From: Camelus ferus
Taxonomy: Eukaryota
Direction: 5' to 3'
Assembly: GCF_009834535.1 (NCBI RefSeq)
Contig: NC_045696.1
Span: forward strand, 103,542,001 to 103,606,000
DNA: 64,000 nucleotides
The translations under genes and the position numbers were made by a program. Shown here piece by piece: positions 22,731 to 37,700 of the stretch. The first letter of the stretch is position 1. Each line of letters starts with the position of its first letter. A model generated the notes under the pieces. That model saw only the letters and a list, made by a program, of their open reading frames with translations. It ran no database searches and had not been told where the DNA came from.

Positions 22731-25700
22731 CTGAGGGGAGAAGAACATAATAGTAAGTGGGTAGGATATCTCACAATTCCATTTGATGGACTGGGCCTTG
22801 GCCTTCTGAGTGGGGCATTCTCTCATATTCTTATTAACTGAGCAACTTTCCTTTCACCTAATACCCTTTCCTTACATCTTCTTGATGTGAGTGGTCATAA
22901 TAATTTATTTCTGTAATAACTTCCTATACTAGTCCTTTCTTTTCTGTTCCCACTGTCATATCTTTTACCTGGATGGTTGCAGTAGCCTTCTAAATGGTCT
23001 TCCTAACCGTAGACCTCCTCAGTCTCAAATCTGTCCTGGACCCTGCTTCCAGATTAATCATCTGAAAGCAAAATTCTGATCTTGTCATTCATCACCTCTC
23101 ATTACGTTATCGGCTCTCCATCTTTAAGTCTAGTGAGTGAACTGAGTCCTGTGAGCTGCTTTAGAAAATTAATTGAACCCAAGGAGGCGGTCGTGGGAGA
23201 CTCTGATTTACAGCCAGTTGGTCAGAAGTACAGGTAACAACCTGGATTTGAATTGAGGTTGAAACATGAAAATGGTTGTAAGGATGTGGGATAGAATCAA
23301 GCTGGGCACAATAAAGGGTGGTGGAGGCTGACAGAGTTGGAGGTATGACAGTACAGTTTATAATTTCAGGACTTGGAAAGGGCCAGAATATGGGTCACTG
23401 AGGGTCTGGGTGGTACACATATGCTTGGAAGAGAAGCAAAGTTAGTATCCTAGTTGGATATTGTCTTCCAGTGAGCAGTGCTTATTGGTACTTGGTGTGT
23501 TAGAGGGTCCTTCCATCCCATGGCTCCTCACGGAAAATCAAGGTGGGGGGTTTGCTCTGGTTGGTCCATAATAAAATCTAAGGTAATCATCTCCCAGGGT
23601 CCTTCCTAGATTGGGAAGTTGTGCAGTAGCTGCTCATGTTTCCTGAGTCTACTTTTGGCCCAGGTGTGTGTCTTCCATGTTCCCTTGGAGAGCAGCAGGT
23701 TATGTAGATGCAGGTCTACTAGCTGACTCAAGGGGACACACCAAATGTCTAATAAAGACCTTAGTGTCTCACCTGGGCCACTCTGGAGGGGCCGCTGGCT
23801 TCAAGGGCCTTTGACAAGGTCTAGGGTACAAAAAGACTGGCTGACCGACTCATCTATAGCAATCTAAAAGAGTTTGAGGCAGGGAACTATATTCAATACC
23901 TTGTAATAGCCTATAATGGAAAAGAATATGAAAAGGAATATATATATATGTGTAACTGAATCACTATGCTGTACACCAGAAATTAGCACAACATTGTAAA
24001 TTAACTATACTTCAAAAAAATCCCCAAATAGTAAAAGAAAAATAATAGAATGGTTTGAGGCAAAGACAGCTAGATCCCTGCCCTGGTATCTTTTCTCCTC
24101 TTCTTCTTTGTTAAAAGGACTCTTTTTGTTTTTTTAAGGCAGCTATTTGCCCAGCTAAAAAAACTATTTTTCCAGTCTTCCTTGGCATAGGAGGTGGACA
24201 TGTGACAAGCTTCTGACCAACTAGACATAAGCAGAACTATGCAGGGGATTCCTGAGATTTTGTCACACTGGTACCAGTACTTTCTCATTGTCCCTTCCTT
24301 CTGGTGTGGGATGGAAATGGGAGGCTACAGGCAAAGCAGCCACTTTGCAACCATGAGGATAAAAGCCACTTGCTAAGGTTGAAGGTGGAGAAAGAGAGAG
24401 GAAACTGGGACACGGATGACACAGTAAAGTGTCTGTTACCTGCCTACCCTTCCTCTACCTGATTAAGTCACTGTAGCTGGTTCTGTTACACAGGGCCAAA
24501 CATTATCTGTAACTGATGCAGAATTTAATAGCAGATAGTATAAATCATGGTCAAGGAGAGAAACAAAGCTCAGAGTTTAAAAAGAAAAGAAAAAGAAATT
24601 AGATCCAAAGTAGAGGAGGGCAAGGTCTGCAATAGGAAAACAAGGTCCACAGTCTTGACCACTGAGAAGGTCAGGAGGAAGTGTGGGATGTGCGGCTCAG
24701 GCTGTGACAAGTGTCAGGGGCTGGAGACCACTTGATGGGCCATCAGTGTGGTGTGGGGCCCAGCCTGAGTCCTCGCAGTATTCCTGTGGCACCCAGACTC
24801 ACAAAAGACTCATGTTCCCTGAACACCACACTTTTAATTATCCTCTTCACTTTTTTTCCTTATAAAGTTCTAGGTAGAATTCTTCAATGCCTCATAGTGT
24901 TGAGGCCTCTGATTCCTTAGCGGAAGCTGAGATAATTTAAGATTAGTGTTAGAAATTGAGATGAGTTACATGACAACGAATGGCATTGGTGAGAAAGCTA
25001 TGCACTTTTCAATTCTCTAAAAATATTTCCATCAAAGTGATGTATACATACAGCTAAACAATGAAATAGGGCTAAAAATTTATAAGTTATAATTTATAAC
25101 AGACCCTTACCCCTCATCTCAGCAGCCTCAGCGCTCTTCTCAAGGGACAAATGCTTTCAACTCATTCACCTGTTTTTCATGTTTATTGCCTTACTTCAAA
25201 CTAAGTACTTGCTATATTACTTATTGACATTTCTATTTTAAATTTTACATATTGAATGTTGTTGCTTCCACTCACCAAACCTTCCAGTAGAGATATATTA
25301 CAATTTTTAGTTAAATCAACACATTGTGTTCACTGGTATGATCATACACTTTTGTTTATTATGTTCCTTTTTCTTGTATAACTTTCTTTTTGCCTGAATT
25401 AATAATTGCCCTTTTTTTCTCATTTGCATAGTTTTCTATGTACCTATTTCCCCCAAGTTTCTTTCTCATATACCTCTCAGTATTTCTTTCAAAATATGTA
25501 AGCCTTTTCAGTGCTCCATTAGTTTAGTTTTTACCCTGGTATTCCTCCTATCCAGAGTCTTACGGTTTTCTGCTCCACTTTGGACTAGGTCTGACCCTCA
25601 ACCACCATTTGGGACTCCCTTTTCTGTATTGGTTCTGCTGGTTGCTAGATTCTGTGTTCTTTGTCTTTGTGATTTATTCCCTCATTTTGCTCAAGCATGT

Positions 25701-28700
25701 TCTCCGGATGCTTCCTGAGAATAGAGGTACAGAGTTTGAGTCCTTGTGTGTGGAAAACATCGTTGGTCTGTCCTCATACTCGGTTAGGGGTTGGGAATGT
25801 GTAGTCTCATAGGGTTGTCATGGCAGTGCCCCTCGGCCTTCAGCTTTCCATAGAAAGTCTGAGGTCCTTCTGATTCTCAGTCCTTGGTATGCAATCTTTT
25901 TTTTCTTTTTGTATGTTTTTGGGATGTCCCCTTTATTCCTAGAGTTCTGAAATGCCATGATGATATACAGTTTATCTTGCACTGTGCTGAGCACTCAGGG
26001 GGCTCCTCTCTCAGTTGCACGCAGATTTATGTCCCTTGGTTCTGGGAACATTCTTGATTTGTTCCTTTGATAATCCCCTTTCCTCCCTTTTCTCTGTACT
26101 TTCTTTCTGAAACAATGAGTTAGATACCGGTGCTCTTAGACTGAACCTCTATCTCTTGTATTTTCTCACCAATTTTTCATCTCCATCTTTTGTTTTACTC
26201 ATTAAAGATTTTCTTGACTTCATCTTTAGGCATTTGTTCTGAAATTTTTACCTTGGCTGTCATTTTTACTTTCTTGTTTTACAGATGCACTGTCTTCTGT
26301 TTCACTAAGGGTGTTATAACTAATTTCTTTTAAAATTTTCTGCATTGTCTCTGTATCTTCAGGGTTCCTTTTTTCTCTCTGTTTCAGGCTTGGTTTCCTG
26401 TGTTGGCAGATTGCCTCGTGTGTCTGTAGATTGTCAGCTTTCTGTTCACAGTGAAGCAGGAGACGTCCAGAGGCCGACGGGAAGCTCCTGTATATGCGAC
26501 GGTAAGTTCCTTGCTTACCTGCTAGGCTTCTTTGAATAGTGAAGGGCTGGCCAGCCGTCAGCATCTTGAATTCCTTTCTCTGGGGCTATTCAGTTTCTCA
26601 AAGAATACCCCAGCCTTCTACCTGGCTATCAGTCTTCTGGAAGCAGGGCAGACACAGGAGGCTTGGATGATGGTAAAGTCTGAGTCCCAACTGTTTCATG
26701 TGCAGAATTTTCCTTGATCCTCCTCTTTGCAGCTTCTCACCTCACCCTCACTGCTGGGTGCCCTGGGTCTGCTGAAAGGCTCTGTTTAATTTTTCCACAG
26801 AAAACTCCCTAACTAGCCTCCCTGCTTCTGCCCTTGCTCCTCTCTAATCTGTTTTCTACATAGAGCTGGTAAGATGTGGGTCAGATTAGGTCACTTCTCT
26901 GCTTAAAATTCTCAAATGCCTTTCCATCTCAATAGAGTTAAAAACTAAAGTCCTCATAATTGTCGAGTAGTCCCCCTGCCCTCCATGCTTACTTCTCAGA
27001 ATTTTTGTCATATTACTTTTGCGTTCCCTCTTACCCCATTCCAGCCATGCTGGCTGCCGGACTGGTGCTGGAACACCGGGTAGGCTCCTGCCTTACGGCC
27101 CCTGCACTTGCTGATCCATTTACCTGGAATGTGCGTCACCCAGATGTTTACATGGCTTGCTCCCTCCCTCCTTTGGGTCTTTACTCAAATATCCCTTCTC
27201 AGTACAGCTCTCCCTGGCAGCTCTAACTGAAATTGCAGCCCCCTGCCCCCGACATACACACATTATCTCCTTTTCTTGCTTTATTTTTTTCTTAAGTATA
27301 ACCCCCATCTAATATATAATAGTATATATTTTACTTCTTTTTGAAGTTGTTGTTGACTTACTGTCTGTCATTCTCCACTAGGGAGAAAGCCCCTGGAAGG
27401 CAGGAATTCATTGCTCACCGAAGTCTAGAACAGGGCCTGGCACATAGTAGGCATTTAATAAATATATATGAAAGAAAGAAGTGAGTAAAGAATAAATAAA
27501 TGAAGTGATTCTGAAGTATTCTGTTTTTTTTTTTTAATTTGTCAGAAAACAGGCTTGTAAGATGTGGATAGCAGTTTGTCTTCTTGTTAATTTTGTTTTT
27601 AAGAAGTGAGGTTGCTAATATTGCTGAGGAAGTTTTCATTGTGTGTTCCATCATTAAAGTCATTAGGACTCCTTGGCAGGCAAATAAATAACTTTAGGCT
27701 GTTAGATTGGATTTCACGAGAGAATTAGAATTAGAATCAGAAATTAGCTTGTTAACTTGCTAATGATAAGAACACAGAAGCAATCAGAAGAAGAACATTA
27801 GCTCTATAAGCAATGATATCACTTAATTGCTTTTAATGTTTAAAATGATGCCATTAGAGCTAAATGGCAAGACATTTTCCCTATAGAATCCAAACAGGTA
27901 ACCCTGTTTTGAGGAGTCTTTCTCGCTGTTCAGACTAACAATCTGATTGAACAACTCCATCAGAAATGGCTCATAATTATTTTGGTTCAAAAATATGGAT
28001 GCATTAAAGCTACTCATATATATCAGCACATTTGGGGAAAAAACTGATTTCTTGAACAAGAAATTACTTTGTAATGCTTTTTAAATGAGTTATTTTCAGG
28101 TAGGTATTTTATGATCATCTTCCCATTTATGAAAATTGACTCATTTACTAAGCAAGCACAATGTTTTGCAGCCCCAGATGGTTCTCAATGATAATCATTC
28201 TCTGTCAGACTATCTGACGCCACCCATCATTAGCACTCACTATAGTGATGGTCAGAAGACTGCTGCACTCTTACAATGTCTTCTATGCAGTGCCTAATGA
28301 AAAGGTTACTATAGTGCCATGAGAAATCAAATGAAATCATTAACCTGCCTTCAGTTTATTGAGCCTAAATTAAAGTTACATTTGAATTAATTTTAACAGA
28401 ATAATTCTGTTGAATTTGAATTCAACTCAGATGGACTAGAAAGTAGATGTTCTGTTTCTCTAAAATAAAGAAATAATTTAAAAATCTTAAGAATCATTTG
28501 AATGGCTGTTAAGAAATGGCAATAGAGTAGTTTTACTTTAAAAGTGGCAGTGAGGTACACAGTAATATTACAGTTCCCTCTAAAACTGCCAGCATTGAAA
28601 AACTGCAACAGAAAATTATGTAATGTCTCTAAGACCATTTTACTGTAGAAATGATAAAAAACTGGGTGCTTGTATCACCTAATTCTCTCCACATAATCTA

Positions 28701-31700
28701 CCAGATAGAGCACCAAGACTTCTCTCCTCTTTGGTTAACACTGAATTTGAATTTTCAAATGTGTTTATGATGCCTTTCACTGAGCTTCATTAAAAATGAC
28801 ATTTCCTCATCTCTCGGTCAGCAGTAAGAGTGGACGTCATTAATTTTGGTCACACATACTGTGAAGGAGAGGACAGGTGTAGCCAGTACTAAACAGCTTG
28901 TTCCATATGTAATTCTGTCATTTTCAAAAGATTACATGATCATAAAAATACCCTTAACGCTGTCTCTATGCCAATCACTCTTTAACTGTTCTTTGATGAT
29001 CCAGGAAGCACATCAGAATCTTATGAGGGCTGTTACTTGAGTCTTCCAACTGCTCTGGAGAAATCTTTGCAGGTTGGGTTGGGGAGGAGAATAGAGACTG
29101 GGAGAGAGTGCCTCAGAGAAGAGATGAGGATGAGAGAGGAGGGAGAAGAAAAAGCAATAGAGAAAATTTCACTTTAACAACATTCATTGCTTAGATCAAA
29201 GACTACATATGCATCCTAAGAGCTCTTGAACTTTGTGCAAATCACAGGGCAAATCAAACAATGGTGGCCAGCCTCTGACAGTGGTCCTGGTCATCACATA
29301 GCTCAGGCCAATTATTTAATGGAAAAAGTAGGGCAAGTGGTAGGTCGTACAGCATTTGGGAAGGAGTGGATGTGGATGGGGGAGGGGAACACAAACTGGA
29401 AACACCCTACCTGTCTTTCTGGCTCTCAGTGCTTCAAGTATGTCAGCAGCCGCCGCTTCTCCCAGGACATTGTTTCCAAGGTCAAGCTCTCGTAAGTGGG
29501 TGGAGTATCTGATCAGGCTGACCAGAGGAAATGACCAAGCAAAATGGTGTGCCAAGCGTGGTTACTCAAAGAAATTCAATCCAGTTATTTTGCAGTATGC
29601 TCGCTCTTTTTAGGTCCTCTCTGCCCTCACCACCCCCCGCCCCTTTCAGAGATGATGCACTGACCCAATTTGAAACTGCAAACCTCCTGAATCTAGCTTT
29701 TTCTTTTTTTCCCCAAGTTTAATCTCTCTAGTTTGAATGCCTCTCCAAAGTAAGTTGGTAGGATAAAGATTTTTAGTTGTCTTATATCTTCCATTCATTC
29801 ATTTATTCAAAAGACATGGTGTGTAATTGTGCAGAGCGTTTCAGTCTTTTAGATTTTACACACCAGAAAATAAAATGTCAAATAACTTGGGGGGACAGAT
29901 AGAGGTCAGTATGGCAACTTCTAGCGTATCAAATAAATAACTCTCACCTAGCAACACTATACAATAACAAGTATTTTTATATAAAAGTAGGAAGGGCATA
30001 GTCTCAAAATAAAGGCTAGCTTTTTAAATCAAGTAAATTTAGCTTTATGAAAAATGAACACTCCACCTGTCTTTATTTTTCTAATCTCTTTGAGGATTAT
30101 TGAAAATTCCTTCATGTCCTGGCCTTGGCCTGCCAACTGGACTTTGGGAATCTCTGGCATCATGAGTGGACATGGACTCCAGGTGGGGAGGCCTGGGTTC
30201 CAGGTCAGCCTGTACTTCTTGTCAACCCTGTGATCATGAGTAGGCCATGTGCTCTCTTGGGTCTCACCTTCCTCATCCATAAATTTGACCTTAAAAGGGC
30301 AGTTCTGCCTATTTCATAAGGTTGTGGTAAAAAGAGAATGAAGCAGTTCCTATGGAAGCATCTTGCAAAATGCATTACCAAGTATGCATATTGAACGCAT
30401 ACTTACTAGATGTATATTATGTGCCTAACATTGCAGGGATTAAAAGGAATTTAACATATGGCCTCTGCTCTGAAAGAAATTATCATATGACTATCCATAA
30501 AACAATTTTGAACCCTTACCATGAGCTGGGGATATGAAATTTCAGTTAGAGTCAGTAGTGAATACAAGGCCATTTTCTTGCTCCCTGTACACATTTTTTA
30601 TTGATTCAGCAGCCAGAATTCAAGGCCAGGGCTGAATGGTCCTGCCAGACTCTGCCTCTCAAAGATCTTGCTCCCAAGGAAACAATCTGTCTAATCAGGA
30701 CTTGACAGGCTTTGGCTTCCTGAACTGCCCAACTGTGTCCAATTCCTTCAGGCAAGATGGGGGCGAGCAGGGATGCTTCAAGAAGGAAGCAGGGATGCAC
30801 AGAAGGAGTGAAGAGTGTTGAAGACAAACTTCACAACTCAACAATTCTACATCTAGGTCTGATTCCATAGGCCATGGATTTAACCACTACACTACACAGG
30901 CCTCACAAGAGCCATGGTTTTACGGAGCATTCACTGTCAGATGTGATCATGGCCACCCACATGCTTAAGCACTTGTGCCTGGCACAAAGAAGCCTTCCAA
31001 GGGTACGAGCAGGGCTGAAATCCAGCCAACCTCTGCTTGCCAAGTCCTGCGCCTGAAGCATAGCCCTTGAAGGGGTAACTTCCTCTGACTCCTTGGGATG
31101 AGAGGTAGTGCCTTTTAGTTCATCTGCCCGGAGGGACTCTTTTTCTCATTTGTATCAAGGTGCTAGTTGGAGCCTTGGGCTCCATATTTAGCACTTTACA
31201 CATATGGTCTCATTTACCCTGTAACAGTCTCTCGAGTTAGTCACTATTATTACCTTCATTTTTGCAAATGAGGAGCTGAAATACAGAGAAGTTATAGATT
31301 AAATCATGGAGCAGAGATGTGAACTCCAGCAGTCTGCTTGAAAATAACCATGAATCATGATTCAAATATACCAAGAAAATTTTTAATTTTCAGCAGTTCT
31401 CAATATTTACACTTTAAAAAAGAGGCCAAAAAGATATAAGTATTTAGTGTCAGAACTGAAAAAACACAAGGAGGGAATTCCTGGCTCTGGTGCTCCTTGT
31501 TAGTGGTATTTTCGTCCCTGTCACACAGAGCCAGCAGTTGCACTGGGCCCCGTGCTCAGAAGGGCTCCTCACTTGGTTTAGTGCTCTGTTATCATCATCT
31601 TGAAGTTCTTAATAATATCTGAACAAGGGCCCATGAGTCTGCATTTACACTGGGTCCCTACAAATTCTGTAGCCAGTTCTGCTGTCATGTTTAGTGTGGT

Positions 31701-34700
31701 CAGGGCAGAAAACAAAATCTGACAAATGGTCAGCCTTAAGTAATTGTACTGTTCTGTTAGCCCCACAGACCACTACTAGATGAACTGTAATTAGAGGGAG
31801 GCCTGGTTCATGAGAGGGGGAACCAGGTTTCCTGCACCCAAACCAACATTTGGTTCCTGCCTTAAGCCCAAAGGATCCACTGATAATTGCCTTCAGGGGT
31901 AGGCTTAAGCAGCAGAGATAGGTAAGGCCTCTTCACAAACAAAAGGCATGATACCCCTTGTAGCTGGACCAGCTAATCTGAAAGTGAGGCTAGACCCATG
32001 TAGTACTGAGGGCAAACAGGGCTACTGGGCAGGCAAGTAGTTAGTGCCCCATAATCTCCATCACCAAACCTTACCTCAACATAAATGCATATGCATAAGC
32101 CACCTCAATGTAAATACTCAATTAAGTAGACCCCTGGAGTTGACTTTGAAAGCAGGTACCCTGACCAGCTCTTTGCCTCCACATTCATCCATTGAGTTCC
32201 TCCTTTGTAGATACTTAGGACCCTCAATGATAAAAGGCAGGAAGCCATAAATCTGTTCCCCGGAATGCTCCCGGAGCCTGTTTGATCATCTCCCATCTTG
32301 CTCTACAGCTGGCTGAGAACTGGGCTTGCCAGGGTTGGGGATGAAAGCTTGTAAAGATGATGCTTTTACTTCCAGGGCACCAGCCTGTCAGCACTTAAGA
32401 GAGGTGCAGAAGGAAAATGAGGGTTGATCTACAAAGATGGAAATGGGTAGGGAAGCTGTCCTTGAGGTAAGCATGCAGCTCATTTCATAAATCACATCAG
32501 AAAGTCACCCACTGCCTACAAGACAGAGTGAGGTTGAAAAGGCCCAGAACAGAAGAATGATACAAAGACCATGGATGTTAAATTTGGACTAAGCTGTCTT
32601 TATGAGTTTACGTTGGTTAGGGTACTGGAGTGCTGAAGAGAAAGTCTTAAAAGCAGCCAGAGAAAAAAGACAAATTATGTTGCAAAGAACAAAGACAAAA
32701 GTGATAGCAATCTTCTTTTCAAAAACAATGTAGCAGAAAACAGTGGAGAACATTTTGAAAGTATTAACTTTCAATCAAGAATTCTGTATCCAGAAAAAAA
32801 ACTTTAAAAATGAAGGCAAAAATACTTTTCAAAAATACTAAAGCTCAGAGAATTCATCACCAGCAGATCAGGACTATAAGAAATGTATAAATTAAGTCCT
32901 ACAGATAAAAAGAAAATGATACCAGATAGAAATTTGGATATATCCAAAGGAATGAAGAGCACTAGAAACAGTAATAATAATAGAAATGATAATGTAAATA
33001 AGTATAAAAGACTTTGCCCGTATTTAAAAAAAGAATTAACTGCTTAAAACAAACATGATAATGTATTCTGGGATTTATAACATTTGTAAAAGTAAAATAT
33101 ATAACAACAATAGTAAGAAGAATGCGAGGGAGTGGAAATGTACTGCTGTAAGATTCTTATACTGTAAGTGAAATAATATATTACTTGAAGGTAAATTGTG
33201 ACAAGTTAAAATGAAAAGAATAAACACTATAGCAACCACTAAAAAAAAAGACACGTATAGCTAATGAAACAATAAGAGGCAAAAATGGAATTATAAATAT
33301 TACTCAGTCCAAAAAGAGGCAGAAAAATAGTTAAAATTGAACAAAGAACAAATGAGACAAACAGAAAACAAATGGCATGATTATAGATTAAATACCCAAC
33401 CACACTGATAATCACATTAAATATAATAGTCCAAATAACAAAAGACAGAGATTGTCAAAATGGATTTTAAAAAAAAGTCTCAACTATATGCTGTCTACAA
33501 GAACCAATTTGGATATAACAACATAGATAGGTTAAAAGTAAAAGGACACAGACAGATATATCATGCTAATTTTAATTAAAAGAAAGTTGCAGTGGCTATA
33601 TTAATATTAGTCAAAGTAGATTTCAGAGGAGGGAATAATACCAGAGATAAGAGAGAAATATTACTAGGGATTTCATTATAATAAGGGTCAGTTCTTCAAG
33701 AGACTTAACAGTCCTAAATGTTTATGTGTCTAATAACAGAACTTCAAAATACATGAAGTAAAACTGATTAAACTGCAAGGAGATATAAATGTCACAATTA
33801 TCCCTCTCTCAGTAATTGATAGAACAAGTAAACAGAAAATTTATAGATATAGAACACCTAAACAACGCTGCCGACCATCTTGACTTAGTTGATATTTCTA
33901 GAACTTTCCTCCAGTAACAGCAGAATGCACATTCTTTTCAAGTGCACATGGAACACTTACCAAGATTGATCGTAATCTGAGCCATAGAACAAGTATGTTC
34001 TCCAACCACAGCAGAATTTAATTAGAAATCAACCAGACAAAAATATCTGAAAAATTAACAAATATGTGGAAACTAAACAGCACTCTTCTAAATAACCCAT
34101 AAGTCAAGGAAGAAATCAAAAGGGAAACTAGAAAATGGCTTGAGTTGAATGACAGAAATACAACATATCAAAATTGGTAGGATGCAATTAAAGAGTGCTT
34201 AGTGTTAATATAAACATTTATATTTGAAATAACAATGTTAATATAAACATTTATATTTGAAATCAATAACTTAAGCTTCTACCTTAGTAAACTCGGAAGA
34301 GAAGAGCATATTGTACCCAAAGTAAACAATAAAGGAAATAATAAAGATAAAATAATGAAATTGAAAAAAGGAAAACATTAGAAGGAAACCAAAAGCTGGT
34401 TCTTTAAGATCAATAAAGTTGATAAATTTCTAACCAGATTAATTGGAGGAAAAAAAAGAAAACAAACAATCAATTTCAAGCATGGAGAGACATCACTATA
34501 GAGCCTACAGACATGAGAAGGATTAGAAGGAAATATATGAATAACTTTATGCCAATAAATTTGAAAACTTGAATGACATGAACAAATTTCCTGAAAAGAC
34601 ACAAACTACCAAAGCTTTAGCCAAGAAAAAATAACCAGAATAGCCCTCTATCTATTGAAAAATTGAATTTGTAGTTAAAAAAAAAATTTCCCATAAAGAA

Positions 34701-37700
34701 AACTCCAGGTCCAGATGTCTTCACTGGTGAATTCTACCAACTATTTAGAGATGAAATAATGACAGTTCTACACAAGTTCTTTCATAAAGTAGAAGAGGAA
34801 GGAATAATTCATTCTGTGAGGCCAGAATTACCCTGATCCCAATACCAGATGAAGACATTACAAGAAAACTATGAACTAATATCCTTCTTGAAAATAGATG
34901 TGAAAATCCTTAACAAAATGTTAGCACTATACTGAAAGGATAATACATTGGCAATATATTAAATCTAGCATCATATTGAAAGGGTAATAAAATGAAATTT
35001 ATTAGTATAATTATTAAAAATATAGCAAAACTATCCAAGTTGGAAATCTTCCCAACATTCCTGAATAAGGTAGTAAAGTATATTAGATAAGGAATCTTTT
35101 TCTTCTAAAATAATAAACTGCCATCCTTCAAGCCCTCAAGCCTCAAATCTTGGCTGTGTTCTGTTGCCCTTGATTGCCTCAAGTACTGATGTCCTAAGAT
35201 GGTGTAGCTTAGAGCCCTCTTTATCCAGAAAGCTTTCTTACAGTGCTAAAAACGATCACTTGTGGCTTGGCCCACTGGGTATGTGGATTCAGGAAAGTGG
35301 ATAGGGAGATGTCCAAGGTTGTGCCGATAAATGTGTAAAGAAAATAGTCTGTTTTTTCCAGAAGCTATTGAGAATAGCTCTTTCTCCCTAAGGAGGTTGG
35401 AACAACGTTGTAATCAAACACAAAGGAGTGTTCACTCTTGAGTAGACTGCCTTTCTTCCTCAGGTCACACTGCTTACATCTTACATTACATTCATTCTGA
35501 CCGTAGGAAAGAAGAATCTGGAAGTCATACCTCTTGTCTTTGCTTAGTTGCCAACTTCTTAAAATGCAGCTTCTAATGAGGTCTTTGAGACCCCTTTGTG
35601 GGCTTACGTACAACTGTCTGCCATGCCATTATTGTGATTTCAGGTCTTCCCATAAAATGATGTACCAAGACCAAGATGGGTCACTACTTCACTCTCAGAT
35701 GAAAAATCTCACTTGGCACTGTTAACAAGCTGCAATTAAATCATTTTCCCCATGATTTAACCCAAGACCTAGTTTTGGAAGGAGAACAAGTAAAGCCTCT
35801 TAATTTTCTACTCACCGTGTTAAAATTTGAGTGAATTCCAACAAGCTATTTTCTTCCTCTTTTCCTTTTCCATCTATGCCGTTATCTGCTAAATACAACT
35901 TCACTAACCAAGGACCAGCTTCAGTCAAATCTTTAATTTTTTTCTTGATTCCTGCAAAATAAATTAGAGTATTTTATTATTTTTAGACAATAGTTTCCCC
36001 ACTCCACAGCTAAGTTGATTTTATTTTTTAAGATTGTACTGATTTGACTTGTGTGAGTAAATGCATTTTGCAATGTAGTCAAGGAAATACATATAATTTA
36101 AGAAGCCTTTTTAAAAAAACACTCAGTGCATCCTTCATCCTTTACAACAGCAAGCCCAAAATTGCTCTGTATGAAAGAAAATCTCATTTAAGATTTAAAT
36201 TGTTGCCTTTACTTTGGCTACAGAGGAAAACCGACGTCTCTAGAAATCTCTTGGTAGAAGATGAATGAGTTGTCTGCTGATCCTAGGGAAGTGATAGCCT
36301 CATACAGAGATTTAGCCCTTTAAAAAAGCCTGCAAAATTGTCACGTTTTTTGAACTCTAGAAGGACAAATTTAAGGAGAAAGAAGCACCCTGGCTTTGTA
36401 GACTTAATGACCGAGTTCAGTGGTCCTGAAGTCTGGTTCGCCCTTGTGATTATCCAGTTTTCACGAAGTTCAGCCTCAGTACTGTTGGGGGCATCATGTA
36501 CACATTTAATTTACAGGTTTAGGAGTTTGGCAAAGAAAAAAGAAACAAAAACAAAAACAAAAACAAAAAACGGAAGGGAATGGAGAAAAAGAGCCATGGG
36601 CCTAATTCACTCAGAAAGTGTGAGAAAGGAGAGCTGAATCTCCAGTCCCACAGCCAGATTGCTTCCCTAGGGGCCTCCAAGTGTTTGAAGTTCCATGTTT
36701 TGTGTGCAATGTGACCATCTAAACGCCAGCCAACAACTTCACGTGGGGCTTAACTGAAAACCAAGGATCTGTCCCAAAGCTGGGGAAGAAACTGCATGGA
36801 ACTTAGAGATAATATATCTGTATGTTGTATGGGTGACAAAGAATTTTAAAGGCTCATTTAGCTACACACTAATTTTGCCCAGCCTGCTTGAGAACCTAAC
36901 CCCAGGGCTAGACAGGACGCTCTGTACTTGAATTCATTCCGCATCCAACAAATATTTTTGAGCTCCTTTTATGTGCCAGGCACTGTTCTAGGTGTTGGGA
37001 ATCCAACAGGGAACAAAAGAGACAAAACTTCCTGCCCTCCTGAAGCTGAGAGGGAATGTAACTAGGGTGTGGGACGAGCAGGGAAGAGAGAAGAATGGAT
37101 GATAACTAAGGGTACATTTTCAAGTGAAACAGAACTGACTTTTTGGGGAAAGGTGATAAATTTGGACATTGGGCCATTCTAGTTTGCCAGTTTAAAAAAA
37201 TAAACGCTTTAAAAAAATTCAATTGATTTATTTGGATATGAATCAAATCTGCTGGGTTGCTGAAGGAAATAGAGAGGATTTATTTTCTTTCAAAACATAG
37301 TTGGAGGGATGAAAACTAGCCCATCCTTTCATTTTATTGTGGATAAGCTTAACTTGTCCCTATCTCATTTGTCCTTACATCCAGAGCATGGGAATGATAG
37401 CAGACGACAGCCATTATGAATAATATATCTGGCACACTGTAGGTTAACTGTACTGAATGAATGAGTGAATTAATGTAGAGTGCAGTCATATAGTGGAAAC
37501 TTTTCTCTCACCGTTCCTTGTTTTTTCCGAGCACAGTATAGTTAATAATGCCTTGAGACAATCCATGAACACGAGTAAAATATGATTTTTCTATTTATAA
37601 AATCTCTTCACCTTTGAAAAGTTAAGTTGACTGCCCAGAATGATTAACAATGTGGTTACTGATCGCATGTGGCACTCATTTCTTTTTGCCCCCTTCTGGC

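Noticed and set aside
28213..28256. Imperfect hairpin TCTGAC...CCATCA...TGATGGTCAGA
   Set aside because: Short, bulged stem that does not fit a pre-miRNA or snoRNA pattern.
28975..29054. Alternative in-frame terminal exon for the LRR gene ([26 protein letters not shown])
   Set aside because: Short acceptor tract, and an open stretch this short is expected by chance. The 22730 exon has a stronger acceptor and more protein-like sequence. It cannot be fully excluded.
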